In this document: positions 1 through 12,455 of the stretch, in pieces
Layout: the number at the start of each line of letters is the position of its first letter
How positions within the stretch are numbered: the first letter of the stretch is position 1
Assembly: GCA_000934665.2 (NCBI GenBank)
Contig: JYFJ02003242.1
Location: 1-44,846, forward strand
From: Catajapyx aquilonaris
Lineage: Eukaryota
Length of the DNA stretch: 44,846 nt
Reading direction: 5' to 3'
Position numbers and translations under genes: made by a program
The notes under the pieces: model-generated
Database searches by the model: none
Told to the model about the DNA's origin: nothing
The model's input: only the letters and a program-made list of their open reading frames with translations

Positions 1-1290
1 CACGTGTTTATTTTTGAATAATGAGCTTGCATTCGGTGACAAGGCCATAAAACTTGGTACGTTAGTTCTTTGCACACTTCCGAACATATCTGGACGTTGG
101 GTCACGGTGACCCACCGAATGCAAGCTCATTATTTAAATATAAACACATGTTGCACATTCTGTTAGATATGGCAACCCTGCGATAGTGCCCTACCTTGGG
201 GTGGGTCATCGTGGCTCCACGTCCAGATATGTTCGGAAGTGTGCAAAGAACTAGCGTACCAAGTTTTATGGCTTTGTCACCGAATACAAGCTCCCTATCA
301 AATTATAAACGCATGTTGCACAGTCTGTCAGATATGGCAACGCCGTTATAGTGCCCTCCATCGGGGTGGGTCATCGTGGCTCCACCTCCAGATATGTTCA
401 GAAGTCTCTAAAGAACAATTCTACCAAGTTTCACGTCTTTGTCACCAAATTCAAGTCCCCTATTCAAACATAAACGCAAGTTGCACAGTCTGTTAGATTC
501 GGCAACACCATGATAGTGCCCTCCACCGGGGTGGGTCATCGTGTCCTCACGTCCAGATATGTTCGGAAGTGTGCAAAGAACTATATTGTACCGAGTTTCA
601 CGTCTTCGTCACTGAATGCAAGCTCCCTATTCACATAGTTTACTTAGAGAGCCCATTAGATCTGGCAACGAGTGACCCCCAGCGGGGTCATCCATAGTGG
701 CCTCACTTACAGACATGTTCAGTAGTGTCCAAAGACCAATTGGGGCGAGTTTCATGTTTTAGCAGTGTTTTATCACCGAATGCAAGGCCCTTTTTCATGT
801 AAAGGTGTGCAACACATGTTCGATTTGGCAACTCCGCGATAGTGACCCCTGGCGAGGCCACCAGGGGTCACCCACCGTGACCCCATGTCCAGATATGTTG
901 AGATGTGTTCGAAGAACTACCGTACCGCGTTTCACGTTTTTATCACCGAATGCAAGCTCCCAATTCACATGATCTTCGCAGAGATGTATGTTTGGTCCGT
1001 TAGATCTGGTAACCCTGGAAGTGACCCACAGCGGGGTCAGTCATCATGTCCCCACATCCAGACATGTTCAGAAGTGTCCAAAGACCAATTGTGGGGAGTT
1101 TCATGTTTTTGTCACCCAATGCAAGGTCCTAAAAGGATGCTGCATCTGGTAGTTATGGAAACCCTGCGAAATGGACCACCACGTCCAGATATGATCAGAA
1201 GTGTCCAAAGAACAAGTTTAGTGTACCGAGTTTCATACTTTTGTCACAAAATGCAAAGTTTGGGTCAAATTTGTCCCTTAGCACCTGGAC
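1..1290. repeat. Diverged tandem array of ~165-bp units, with an inverted copy at 1-~98; probably internal to the Helitron ending at 1444
   Basis: Anchor CCAGA(T/C)ATG recurs at ~223, 388, 553, 709, 889, 1058 and 1185 (spacing ~127-180, mostly ~165). Its reverse complement GAACATATCTGGACG is at ~82-96. The palindrome GGGTCACGGTGACCC marks the strand-switch junction (~99-113). Confidence 0.85.
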
Positions 1291-1444
1291 TATAATGCTT
1301 GGAAAGATTTCTGTATAAATCTGAACGCTTTTTTCCCGTGTGAAGAACGGGTATCGCAGCCTGTATACAGTATGTGCAGATTTTATTTTCATTTTACTAC
1401 TTTCACTTCTCAATCCCAGTGCGAAGAACGGGTCCCTATGCTAG
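1..1444 (+). mobile_element. Non-autonomous Helitron, 3' end (5' end outside or unseen)
   Basis: GC-rich hairpin CCCAGTGCGAAGAACGGG (1415-1432) followed by CTAG (1441-1444) and then T, the canonical Helitron 3' terminus. A second, degenerate hairpin CCCGTGTGAAGAACGGG lies at 1335-1351. Confidence 0.65.
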
Positions 1445-1835
1445 TACTGTATATAGTGAGCTAAGTCAGAGGAAGTGTAAATGTTCTGTATACTCATGGG
1501 AGTGATGGCTTCGAACAAGTCACATGAGCAAGACCTGTTGTGGCCCGAATAAGGGTGTGAAGCAGCCAGTATTTCGCTAAATTAAGTAATGTACCGCATT
1601 AAATCAGACAGTTGCTGGACTTGATACGTCAAAGTTCTTGAAGTTATAAAAAGGCTGGGAGCATCGTGCCCATTTTTTAAATATTTGTGATGAAAAAGTA
1701 CCCAAATATAATTGCTGAGAAGGGAGAACAAACACGGTTACCAAAGCAAGGGCACAACATAACATGACAAAAACACTGACTACAACTCCAAAGAAATAAC
1801 ATCGGCGCTTAAAATAACTCTTTAAAACGCTTTAA

Positions 1836-2862
1836 GGTGGAAATGAAGCTAGAGTCACTCAATGAGAATTTTATGAAAAAAACATCTGTTACGCAGTTTT
1901 GTGTCCTCTTATCAATGGTGCAAAGAAAAATACACGTCACCGTGCAAATTAGCGAACTAGAGGGCTCAGAAGTTCGCGATTTAACATGGGCCCTTATGGC
2001 AGAATTTTCAATAGTCCACAAAAAAATGATAAGCAAATGAGAATTTTAAAATTTAATGTGGAATATGTCGGGAATTATATACTGATCGTAACCGCAAAAA
2101 GAAAAACCTCCCTCACCGTGCTCTTTCAATTTGTATTGCTGAAAAACGATCCGAAAATGATCCAGTGACGTCACATTGCTACACTCGAGTGAGGACGTGG
2201 CAACATAGCGTTGTTTACTGTAGCGAGATACGGTTGCACACGACCGCGAAATATGAGTGCAAGTTAGTATGATGGTTTTCACAATGGCTCACACAGGATT
2301 TTCGTTTGGCGGGGGTGTTTGTCAGACGTCAGAACCGTTATATTAGTTTATATAGTTATAATTTTAATATAAAAATCGAATCATTCGAATCCCCCCGGCA
2401 ATGACGTCACATGCTGCTACGCGATAATTGGCCCGGACCTTTGCTGCGTTGCCGCTTCTATCTGTCACCCGCGTACCAACTGAACGTGTTCCAAATCCGA
2501 CCCAAATGAAGAGCTACAGGCTCCCCTTTCGGAACTAAACTTTTAAAAATGCCATGACAAATTGGGACCTCGTAATTACGACCGGATTAAATCGATTTCC
2601 ATCAAAAATAAAAAATATTAAGCACACCTCCAAATACCATGTTTAAGTTGGCAGTCGTGAAAATGGCGCCTGCGCACAAAAACTTGCAGCCGGTAATAGG
2701 CCCATATTAAATCGAGTTTAAAACGCAGATTCGAATGGAATGCATAGGATTGAACAGCATTTACTGCTGCATCGGTTGCGTATGTTTCCCTGATTTTAGC
2801 CCTTCTTGTTAACATTCCAATTCTAGACTCTCATTTGATTAGCAAGTCGCTTCATTTCCACC
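1836..2862. mobile_element. Non-autonomous Kolobok-type DNA transposon (TTAA TSD)
   Basis: TTAA|GGTGGAAATGAAGC ... GCTTCATTTCCACC|TTAA gives a perfect 14-bp TIR with GG..CC termini. Imperfect internal inverted repeats at ~1976-2010 vs ~2680-2716. Confidence 0.8.
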
Positions 2863-2959
2863 TTAAAATAACTTGGATGCATATTTCTTTCCGAGAAGGC
2901 TTATACCTGATGGCAAAAGTGCAGTTTTCGGACTTTTTACTCAATCACATGCAGGTTTA

Positions 2960-3057
2960 GCATCAGTGTGAAAATTTTCAGCGCTCTCGGAAGTGTGGAA
3001 GTGTGTTAGAGGTAGCCGGGACATACATACATACAGAGTCACTCTGTGCTTTATTAT
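2960..3057 (+). mobile_element. Possible DINE-1/Helentron-like (HINE) terminal fragment
   Basis: GTGTGAAAATTTTCAG...(ACAT)n microsatellite...GCTTTATTAT resembles HINE tails. Pattern recognition only. Confidence 0.3.
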
Positions 3058-3297
3058 GGATTCCCCGTGATAGCCTCCTTGGACCTTTTAGGGAATCATC
3101 TTTTCATTAACCGACTACGACTTTAATCATTTGCCTGGGCTGTTATGGGTTTTGATTGTGGCAGGAAACGGGAGAACCCCGAGAAAACACACGCGAACAC
3201 GGAGAGAACACATCGAAACTCTATCCACATAATCATCCTCTGTCCGATCCGGAGATCGTACTCGGGACCTCAGATGTGGAGGGCTGTGGCAATAACC
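3052..3297 (-). mobile_element. tRNA-derived SINE with V-domain-like core (copy 1, decayed head)
   Basis: Reverse complement aligns by eye along its length with the copy at 44450-44708, including the core GTGTTCGCGTGTGTTTTCTCGGGGTTCTCCCGTTTCCTGCCAC and tail GGCTATCACGGGGAATCCATAATAA. Confidence 0.8.
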
Positions 3298-3948
3298 CTG
3301 CACATGGTTATCTCACAATGGAAGACCATGAATGGGCGAAGAGTTTCTTGAACATACGATGCATTGCATTCGATAGAGAGCTCTCACATACATATACTGG
3401 CACCCAAAATTATTATTTTTTGCATTACCCCATTGGGATTTACCATATCCTTTAGCGGGGTGGATTACCACCATCGGAAATGGGAGCCATATAAGAAGAT
3501 CTTAATTAATTACTCCAGGGTATGTAGGAGGGGATGTGCAAAGTGCAAGTGCAATGTCTCTAATGGTCATTTTGTGAGCTCCCCCGGGTGGCTTAGTCTG
3601 TCGGAAATTGCCACCCGAAATGAAGCCAGAGATGGGCCAACTCTGCACGGATAAGGGTGAGAACCCCGGGTGGGGATCGAACCCGGTCACCTGCTGGCAC
3701 CCAAAATTAGCCGCAGAACCCCATACAAACCCCTGGTATGGAACTTTGAAATTCCACCCCACCCCCTCCCCACCACGCATTGGCAACTGAAAACAATAAT
3801 GCAAATACATGAAATTTCAGGGGTAAATGATGTCACGTTCTATAGAAAAGTTGAGGAAGTGTGCGAGGCGGTGCGAGGTAGGCTATGCCTGAAGCTCATT
3901 TTGTGGAAGGTGGCACCCCCCACACGCACGCCCATAACTTTCCGTATA

Positions 3949-4162
3949 CAGGGTGCCTCACCTTTTTTGTCCGAACAGTTATCGGGAAAGCCTATGTATC
4001 TTCTAGCTATGTAGCCAGAATATGCCCCAACATTCCTGGCACATCCCTCAACTGATAAAGCCAGGGAAGCATCACTGTTGGTTGCAAGGCACTGCTTAAA
4101 AAATAAGCAGCTTAGTGCAATATTTCCTATAATTGATCGGACAAAAAAGTTGAGGCACCCTG
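3949..4162. mobile_element. Tc1/mariner-type MITE
   Basis: TA|CAGGGTGCCTCACCTTTTTTGTCCGA ... TCGGACAAAAAAGTTGAGGCACCCTG|TA: 26-bp TIR (1 mismatch), TA TSD. Confidence 0.85.
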
Positions 4163-7100
4163 TATATGCAAGGTGATATTCTTCATCGTCTGTATTACGC
4201 TCCTGCCACCCATCGCTTACCTGAATGGCACCCTTCTCTAGATTTCCCGCCTCAATATCGCGTTGGATAATCCGGAGTATAGGGTGGCATCAACAAAAGC
4301 ATAGTGAGTGGGTGGTGCCTTTAAAGTTAGAAGTTGAAATATATATATACCAAAGGTGAGGAGACTGAGGACTTGATCTGGGTTCCTTGAGGTGTCCTCA
4401 GGTGAAATTACGTACCCCTGTAAATTTTGGTGATTTCGGCTGTACGACGGATATAATCGCATGTTCCTAAGGGTGTATACAGTACGTACGCACGGCTATA
4501 AAGGGGGTACCCCAACTCGAAGCAACTTTTCGTCTTATGTGATGCCATGTCACCATAAATTAATACTGTTTACAGAATTCGACAGAAGGTAGGGTCTCGT
4601 GCTGTACAGCACATATTATGTGCTAATGTAAATTCTTTTCCTTCCCCATGAGATTTCACTCTTTTCGCCCGGTTGACCCGCTTCCTCGATAAATATTATA
4701 TGGCAGGATAGCTTAGGATTTATTTACTGGCAGAGGAATCATGTTTCCATTCGGATTTTTTGTTGTACTGCAAAGTAAAGAATGCATGCATAATTACGTG
4801 AGCATATTTGCAGGTTTTTATATAGGCGGCGATGTTAGTAGCCTGCAAGATCTTTGCTATACCTTACAAAAGAAAAGAGCGGGGAAAGGGCAGGATGGGT
4901 GCAGTCCAGGTGTTGATTAAGCTTCACCGTTATTTGGTCATAAATACGTTAGTTTTTACAATCGGGAATTTTCCCATTTTTTTTGTATAGGTACAAGTGG
5001 ATATTATTTCCAGAATAATTCTCCCACCTGTCATATACTGGAAGGGCCAAAATAATATCATGTCACATCTCCCAATTTATTTCTGAGCGTATATAGTTTA
5101 CGCTACGGTACTGAAATCTATCAGATTATGTGGCAACTTCTACATATAATGTTGCGAATAAAATGACATACTGGTATTGGTCATATACAAGATGGATCCT
5201 TTACGCATCTTGGTCATATAGCATATGCTGTATTAATACGGTAGTTCCGGAGATATTAGCCAATACGTTGTAACATGTGCCCATTTTATTTCTTCTGACC
5301 TATTTACCTCTGATACTTGAAAATATCCCTACAAACTGAGTCGGTCTAAACACGCGACAAGTTTGGTACTTGGTACATATTGAAGCAGACAGGATGACAT
5401 CGCCAGGTCGAACTGTCATGGAATATATCTGCACCTCCTGCGATAAAATCACCCCTGCATGTGTGACCAACAGCGTCACATTTCGAGCGCCCCCTTGAAG
5501 CAACAAATCTCCTCAAATTAGAATATGCGCTATTGTCGCGAGACTTTTCCGTCGACATTATGCTACTTTTCATCCCCAATGACCCCAAACACCCACGCTT
5601 TGCCCAAGACTTCGCCTGCTTTGACTGCATGAGTTTTGTCGCGGGCATTGCAACTCGTCTCTGATGGTGGCAGATTGGTTTCACACGTGACAAGAGTCTA
5701 AGTCTATAAGCCAACCAGCAGCATTAAATTGTTAAAATTGTAAAATTTCAACGTTTCGAAGATCTGTGGGGTCGAACTTCTTCCATCACAGACACGCTCA
5801 ATTAAAGGCGGTCAGAACTAAAGTTCCATTGTCGCAAATCACTAAACAAATGGTGACAGAGTACGATCCACACCAGTGATAAAATGATTCTCGGGCAGTG
5901 TGAATAATTAATATATAATGGGACTTATCAGTTGGTAGAGTTCACCTTGTAGGTCTAAACGTGCAAAGATTATGCGACAGGCTGAGCTATAATAAATTAA
6001 AGAAGAAGCACACGTGTTGCACCTAATGGGAGCGGTGAAATTATGGGCGGTCAAGGTCAATCTCAAGTAGACTAACATGTTTTTTGTTTGTTTCCGGCGG
6101 AGAGGGCAGGGGAATGATGGGTTTGAAGCGGCCAATGCCCGTCACGGACATGGCTTGGTCACAGGACAGTCACGGTGAGTCCTCCGCTTCTTCTCCTCCC
6201 GTTTCATATAAAAGTGTTCTCGTTCCCGCTCTTTTGCGGCCTCCCCTCCCTATACTACACACTTGACGTCAGGTGCCCCATTAGAGAGCATGCGGCAAAT
6301 TGGATGGATGTATGAGGCCACCGATTGGCCGACCTTGCTCGACTCTCCACTCCTGACCTGTTTTCCGCCCCATTGGTCTCGCTCGTGACGTCATCGCCGG
6401 AAGTCGAAGGCTTTTTAAACTATGCACCCCCTGCGGTTGGACTGTGTCATCCCAAGGATCTCTAGAAATGCCGCTCCGGTGGCCGCGCATCCTTCGATGT
6501 CATGGCAGACACAGATAGTCATCATCGACGAGCTCTGGAAAACTCATGAAATGGAAGAAGGAACTCTTCTGCAAGATGGCCACCGTCAGGCTCATCCTGA
6601 TTATGTGTTCCTTATGATTCACGTACCGAGTCCATTTATTCGGATTTTATCTCGATGGGAGTCATCTGCACGCATTTTCGTGTTGGTTTCACCAGTGGCC
6701 TCCAGTTTCCGACTACATTACATTTAATTATTTTGCTTAACAGCGCGGTGAAGCAAAGTTGTCGTTTCAAATACTGTACTTCCCAAGAACCAAGGCTCAA
6801 CATGTTTCCCACCTTGGTGCTCTATAAGTCTATAGTATATTGTCATTAACATCTTCAATGAGATATAAGAAGTTAATGGCAATATCATTCAATTGAGAAG
6901 AATGGGCATTGACACACAATAATGTACTCTTTGGTTAATCTCGCCCAGACATGTAGGTTATGTGATGACATGATAAGCAGTCACTGTGTTGGCAAATGGG
7001 ATCCTGGCATAACGCTGATGTCCTTCAATGTGATTATTGGCCGGATACCATTACTTTATGACGGGTTGTTGTGAAATTATTTAACACGAGAAACGGCCTA

Positions 7101-7312
7101 GATATTGCAGAGGTAATTAAAAACGCCAAAGTTAAGTTTCATTTTTCTATCATTGGCCACAGTGTAAACAGCGTACAGCGTAGAGTTCCTCAGCTTTCCG
7201 AGAACGGAGAACCTGTCATATATACCAGACATTTTTATGCTAGTAAGCAGCTTTTCAAAGTGTGGGTCAAGGACATGAGCTGAGTCACCTACTGACAAGT
7301 CAGAAAGGTTTG

Positions 7313-8411
7313 CAGTGATGGGGAGTATCTAGATACCAAAATGGGTATCTTTTATCTTATCTAGATAATTTGAAGTCTGTGTATCTATACTTGTATCTAG
7401 CTACTTTACACGTAGCATCTGATGGCATCACCAGATACTTTTCCAGATACTTTTAGGCGATTTTTCTGATGAAAACATTATTCCCCTACACAGAAATAAA
7501 TGCAGTAATGCACCGTTCCACACTGGGGGTCAAATTTACACTCCAAGGCGGAACAGATTGAGTGATGAGCATTTTGAGGCCCTTCTCATAATGAAGTGTT
7601 GTATGCTTGATATTGCTTAATGGTGCTGGTGGAATCATCCCTTACTATAGTTAGCTTCTGGCTTTTGTCTGTGAGCACTGCTCAGTGCTCACAGACAATA
7701 TTACTGTACAAAGGTTTAATTTTTCATTACCAGACTGAATAATAAAACATTGTAAAATTGATAGCACTCATAGCAGTAGATTGCGGAGTAGCTTATTATA
7801 CTACAGTGCCAAACGAATAAACTATTTAACTTTACATAATTATATGTTTCAATCCACAGTGAACCAGAGTATAATGTTATTGAGCAGAGTTTCCCAAACT
7901 GTGCTCCGTGAAGCTTCTCCAAGTGCTCCGCGAAGAGGTTGGGAAAAAAAGGAATTCTTCAATAAGCTATATCCATTCAAATCTCTCAGTAGCTTGTGTG
8001 ACCTTGAACCCAAAAAATTTTCGCCTGCGGCGCCCTTTCGCCACTCACCTTCCCATTTATTTTTTTGGCGCTGCCCCCACCCCCTCCGCCCCAGAATTTT
8101 TTTCTGCTTATGCAGTTCGATGATGTTAGTGCTCCGTCACAAATATCTCTCCTGAAAAGTACTCCGTGATTCAAAAAGTTTGGGAACCTCTGTTATTGAG
8201 GATGACAAATAAGTCAAAAGAAATATATTCGCACATGCCTGCGAGTCAGTATATCGTATATGGAGTTGTATGGAAGGTATCTGAAATTGTATCTTATCTA
8301 TTATCTAGATACAATGTTGAACGAGTATCTAGTACAGTATCTAGATGGAAATATTTCCAAGTATCTATTATCTGATCTAGATGCTTTTTGAAAGTATCTT
8401 CCCCATCACTG
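7313..8411 (+). mobile_element. Internally deleted hAT transposon with a transposase C-terminal remnant
   Basis: TIR CAGTGATGGGGA/TCCCCATCACTG; exact 8-bp TSD AAGGTTTG (7305-7312, 8412-8419); subterminal GTATCTAGATA repeats. ~7525-7620 translates as GQIYTPRRNRLSDEHFEALLIMKC, typical of the end of the hAT dimerisation domain. Confidence 0.9.
7885..8192. mobile_element. hAT (Charlie-like) MITE nested in the hAT element
   Basis: TIR CAGAGTTTCCCAAACT/AGTTTGGGAACCTCTG; exact 8-bp TSD TTATTGAG (7877-7884, 8193-8200). Confidence 0.9.
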
Positions 8412-8469
8412 AAGGTTTGCATCTTCCAGATTTGATTCTGCCAAGGCAATAGCATGAGCACTGTGTAAC

Positions 8470-8470
<1 letters not shown>

Positions 8471-8540
<70 letters not shown>
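8471..8540. repeat. (ATT)n microsatellite, ~23 units
   Basis: Perfect trinucleotide run seen directly. Confidence 0.98.
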
Positions 8541-8541
<1 letters not shown>

Positions 8542-9957
8542 GCCACATACATTCCGAAGTAACACCACCTGAGTTAATTTTAACATACTCTGCAAGTATA
8601 GTGTGCGTTTTGTAATTTCACCATAATCCACGAGACCTTTATTTCGTGATCCCTATCTGACCATCGCTAACGGGCACCGTGGCTGACAACGCATATCCCT
8701 CCGGGAAAGTGCAGCTCAGTAGTTTCAGGCTTCCAATACCAGATTCCATGACGATGATGTTATGTTCAGGAAGTCTATACAGTGCGGGTATAAACCGTTT
8801 CAACAATATCAAGCAGCGGAGAGCAGCGGTTTCATCTGATAACTGCCTGTCAAGTGACAAAGAGATGAGAAATCATGGGCCGAGACCAGCACATTTTTGA
8901 AGAAACATGTCGAAACCAACACTTAGACAGAAAAAAAAACTAAAACAGTGAATACTGTCGGCGGCGCACTATCAGGTATAACAAGGAAGGAACCATGTGG
9001 GTTGGAAATCGCTGGTAAAAACATATCGTACATCACTGTCAACCTAAGCTCACATACAAGGTATTTAAAAAATCTTCAACATAGTCAGCCCATCCTTGTT
9101 TTCCTCCTACTACACGTCTACACCTTGCAGGAGCTGGGAATGGAGTGCAAGGTGGTAATCTGCAATAAAGACGCTCGAGAAATCGCGACGACAAGAGTTT
9201 TGGTGACATCAACAAGAGAATAATAAAACATATCCTGGTAGTGTCGCAACCCCCCCCTNCCCCCCCGCCACTTATGGCAGACTTTTGTCATCTACTCACA
9301 AGGAACATATACCTCGGGTGATAATGACGGATCCTGATGAACTGAACATGCTAACCCAGGACAGTATATGATAACCAAAAATGAAATATCTCGGGCTGAA
9401 ACCCATATTTGCAAAAGTTACGACGTGTTAAAGAGACAAAAATGGTACATTTCCATACACAATGGGATTAAGTTAGCGACCACATAATTATAATGGCATT
9501 GAAGTGTGTAATCAGTTTCATTGTACCAAATACACATTATTTAACTTTCATACCATTTAGGCCTATTTACAGATATGCAATTCACTTTTTAATGCATGTA
9601 CGAGAATTGGATATAGAATCGTATTTGATACAGAAACAAATATTGCAATGTGCACAACAAAATATATAAGCTCTCCTCACATGTAGCACACTTGTCACTC
9701 GCCAAGTTGTCAATGCAGAACTCTATTGGTGTGGTGAATGGTGCATTTTGTATGGCTGTTAAAATTAATAACCATCTAGAAAAGTGCTTATACTAACTGC
9801 ACACAGTAGAATATCTGCACGACCAACTGTGAGTGTCATAAAGATGTCAATCACGATTTCAGCTTCAAGAGATATGATATTATCATATATGGGGTTATGA
9901 TGAACTCCGCGATAACTACTTATAGAAACTAAGGGTGGAATTCAGAAATATTTTCTA

Positions 9958-10530
9958 ACTCCACTCAAAATACAAGTTGGTCTCTAAAAATCAGGCAAAA
10001 AATTCCGGTGATACCATCGGTTTTTTTCTACGGCGAACGGTAATCCTAGAAATAAAGGTCAAAGTAGGCCGGCTGATATCAGGCTGTATCCCCCTCCCCC
10101 TCCAGTCCAGCCCACACCTCCCCCTGCCACCTGGCGGCTACCTGAGGAAGTTGGATGCGGATCACCCCCGTCCCGCGGGTTTGAAATGCAGTTCGGTGGG
10201 ATATTTCTGGCTGCTGCCAATGCATATGTTGTCACCGAGGACCTCGCCCTTGCTGAAAAGTAACACCTCGGTGACAACATATGCATTGGCAGCAGCCAGA
10301 AATATCCGACCGAACTGCATTTCAAACCCGCGGGGGATCCGCATCCAACTTCGCCCGGTGGCCGGGGGGCAGCGCGGCGCCATGCTCGATCAGACCTGGA
10401 ATTTTTTCCGACTTTCGCCTCTTCCCCTGTCATTACCGTTCGCCTCAGAGATAAACGGATCGCATTATCGGAATCAGGATTTTTTGCCTGATTTTTAGAG
10501 ACCAACTTGTATATTGAGTGGAGTGTCCCT
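9958..10530. mobile_element. Foldback MITE, Kolobok-like (right end TGTCCCT|TTAA; left tip missing)
   Basis: Terminal inverted repeat ACTCCACTCAAAATACAAGTTGGTCTCTAAAAATCAGGCAAAAAAT and its complement. Central 69-bp arms at 10172-10240 and 10266-10334 (1 mismatch) with a 25-nt loop. Confidence 0.8.
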
Positions 10531-10653
10531 TTAAAAGTGCCGTTTTAAAGCGTGTTGGCTACTGTCACTCGAACTTAGAAGGATCCTCATATTCATAGGC
10601 AGTGATTTGCAGTGATATACTACTGTACACTTCGCAAGTCAATAAAATTAATA

Positions 10654-10810
10654 CAGTAGACTCCCATTATCACAGACTTCAAGGGGCCTAGGAAACCAGT
10701 CTGTTATAACCGAGGTCTGTTATTATACACAGGCCATATATTATGGAAGTATGGCGGAACCAGCCTTTCCGGTCTGCTATAGCCGAGGCTGTTATATCCG
10801 GAGTCAACTG
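10654..10810. mobile_element. pogo/Tigger-like MITE
   Basis: TA|CAGTAGACTCC ... GGAGTCAACTG|TA; internal GTCTG(T/C)TATA repeats. Confidence 0.7.
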
Positions 10811-12305
10811 TATAACAATGGTTCTAAATTTTAAAAAGCGACCTAACTTAGACAACCTCTACGATTTCCGTCATATTATAACATTTTAAAGGTGGAAAAC
10901 TTTGTATTGACAGCATGAAATCTTATTAGCATAGCACATGAACTCCAAAAGTCCACGCCGCAAGAAAGGATGCAGATACGTGCTATATACATTTTATGCA
11001 CAAGTGCAATTGGGAAAAATTTACAGGCTCAGACCTCAGAGTATACGTACTACAAGTAGACCGTATTTGTAATTTTTTTCTCACGTGAACCTGACCCAAA
11101 CGAGGTAAATGCGGGAGGTAGACGATAACTACTAACTTTACTAACTTTAACCTATTAGTCGATGTGTAGATCCGTGGGGGTAAGTGAGATTCTAACAAGA
11201 AGACTGCTTCAGTGCTAAATTACACTCTCCACTTATGATCCTGGGCAAAAGCATGGTGCAGTTCGGCCATAACCAATGTGGTGGGTAGCAAGATGATTGG
11301 TGAGGGGATGCAATGGGGTGGCGGGTTCACGCGTTAGGAATAATCTATGTATTATCCGGGAGGTTCAAGAGGAATTTATGCATGACGAAGAATCACCGTA
11401 ATTTGTAAGCTACTCCTTCCAAAAACCATAATTAAATGAGCATTCGATCAATAATGAACCGTCATTACTCATTAGTTATTTATAAACACTCGTTAAGATT
11501 TGGAACTGCGCTGTGCTGCAGGGGCCGAGCTGAAAAATACCTTCACAGTGTCAGGTACAGTGCTGGAAACATTTATAATACAGTCCGGAATACAGTTTTA
11601 AACGGCAGCATCCATGTAGTACTATAGCTGTCAGCACCCACACCAAGCATATGCCCCCAGATTGGCGCTCTTCATTTCATTTTAATAATAACTTGTGTCA
11701 GGAGATGGTGTCACGCATGACGTATTACCACGCCCATAGCGTAAGAAATCGTGCGCTACCGTTCACTTACGCAAGAAGGATGATGCTACATGAATCTGCA
11801 TCCGATTACACCCTCGCCCTAGAAATAACTCCCCAAAAATACCAATGTTTTTCATCCCCTATATGCCGGTTGCACTCGGTGGCAACCCAGACTTTTAATT
11901 ACCTCTTTAATTGGCAGGTGTACCATTTTTTTTTCTCTCCCTCCGGCCAATTAATATGCAGTTGCAGTAACAGTCCTGGGTGACAATGACATAAAAACTG
12001 TGATGATCCTTCATCCGTTTCGTCATCTTCTCGCCCCGGTGACCTCCGTTTTTTTAGTGTTTAGTTTTTAGCGAGTGGCGACGGGTAGGATGTCAGAGCT
12101 GGGGGGTGGCGGGGGTGCTGGGGGAATGCAGGATTAAATAAATAAAGGGAGGCGGGAAGCGCGGCCGTCATTCGGATCGGCGCTCGCAGGTGGAAGAAGG
12201 CTCAGGTGAGCAAGGGTTAGCTTCCAGAGAGGCGGGGGCGGGTCATATATAGACAAAGAGAAAGTGCGCTTCCGGGCAGGTCAGCGGGTCAACGGGTCGC
12301 CGCAA

Positions 12306-12345
12306 TATATAAACCCCCCTTCGCTCCATTTGTTGCCTATCAGTG
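12306..12345 (+). promoter_or_regulatory. Core promoter: TATA box plus arthropod-type initiator (TSS ~12342)
   Basis: TATATAAA at 12306-12313 and TCAGTG at 12340-12345 in a CpG-rich region. Followed by a short exon ending ATG ATC AT|GTACGT (donor 12464) that splices in frame to the exon at 17758. Confidence 0.65.
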
Positions 12346-12455
12346 CGTATTGGAACAAAGGAGTGCGCGAGTGAGCTTCGCATCGTTGAGCGTTCGGTTG
12401 ACGGCCGGAGAAGCGTGTCTCGCCCATTCATTCGGGAGGCGCAGGCACTGACTCA

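Noticed and set aside
1..1290. Repeat array as a CRISPR array, or ORFs 239-496 and 885-1295 as genes
   Set aside because: Whole units are homologous with no unique spacers, the context is eukaryotic, and the ORFs are by-products of the repeat.
8294..8631. Poly-Asn and poly-Ile ORFs
   Set aside because: Translation of the (ATT)n microsatellite.
9977..10505. 173-aa and 148-aa ORFs with similar peptides on opposite strands
   Set aside because: Artefact of the palindromic MITE.
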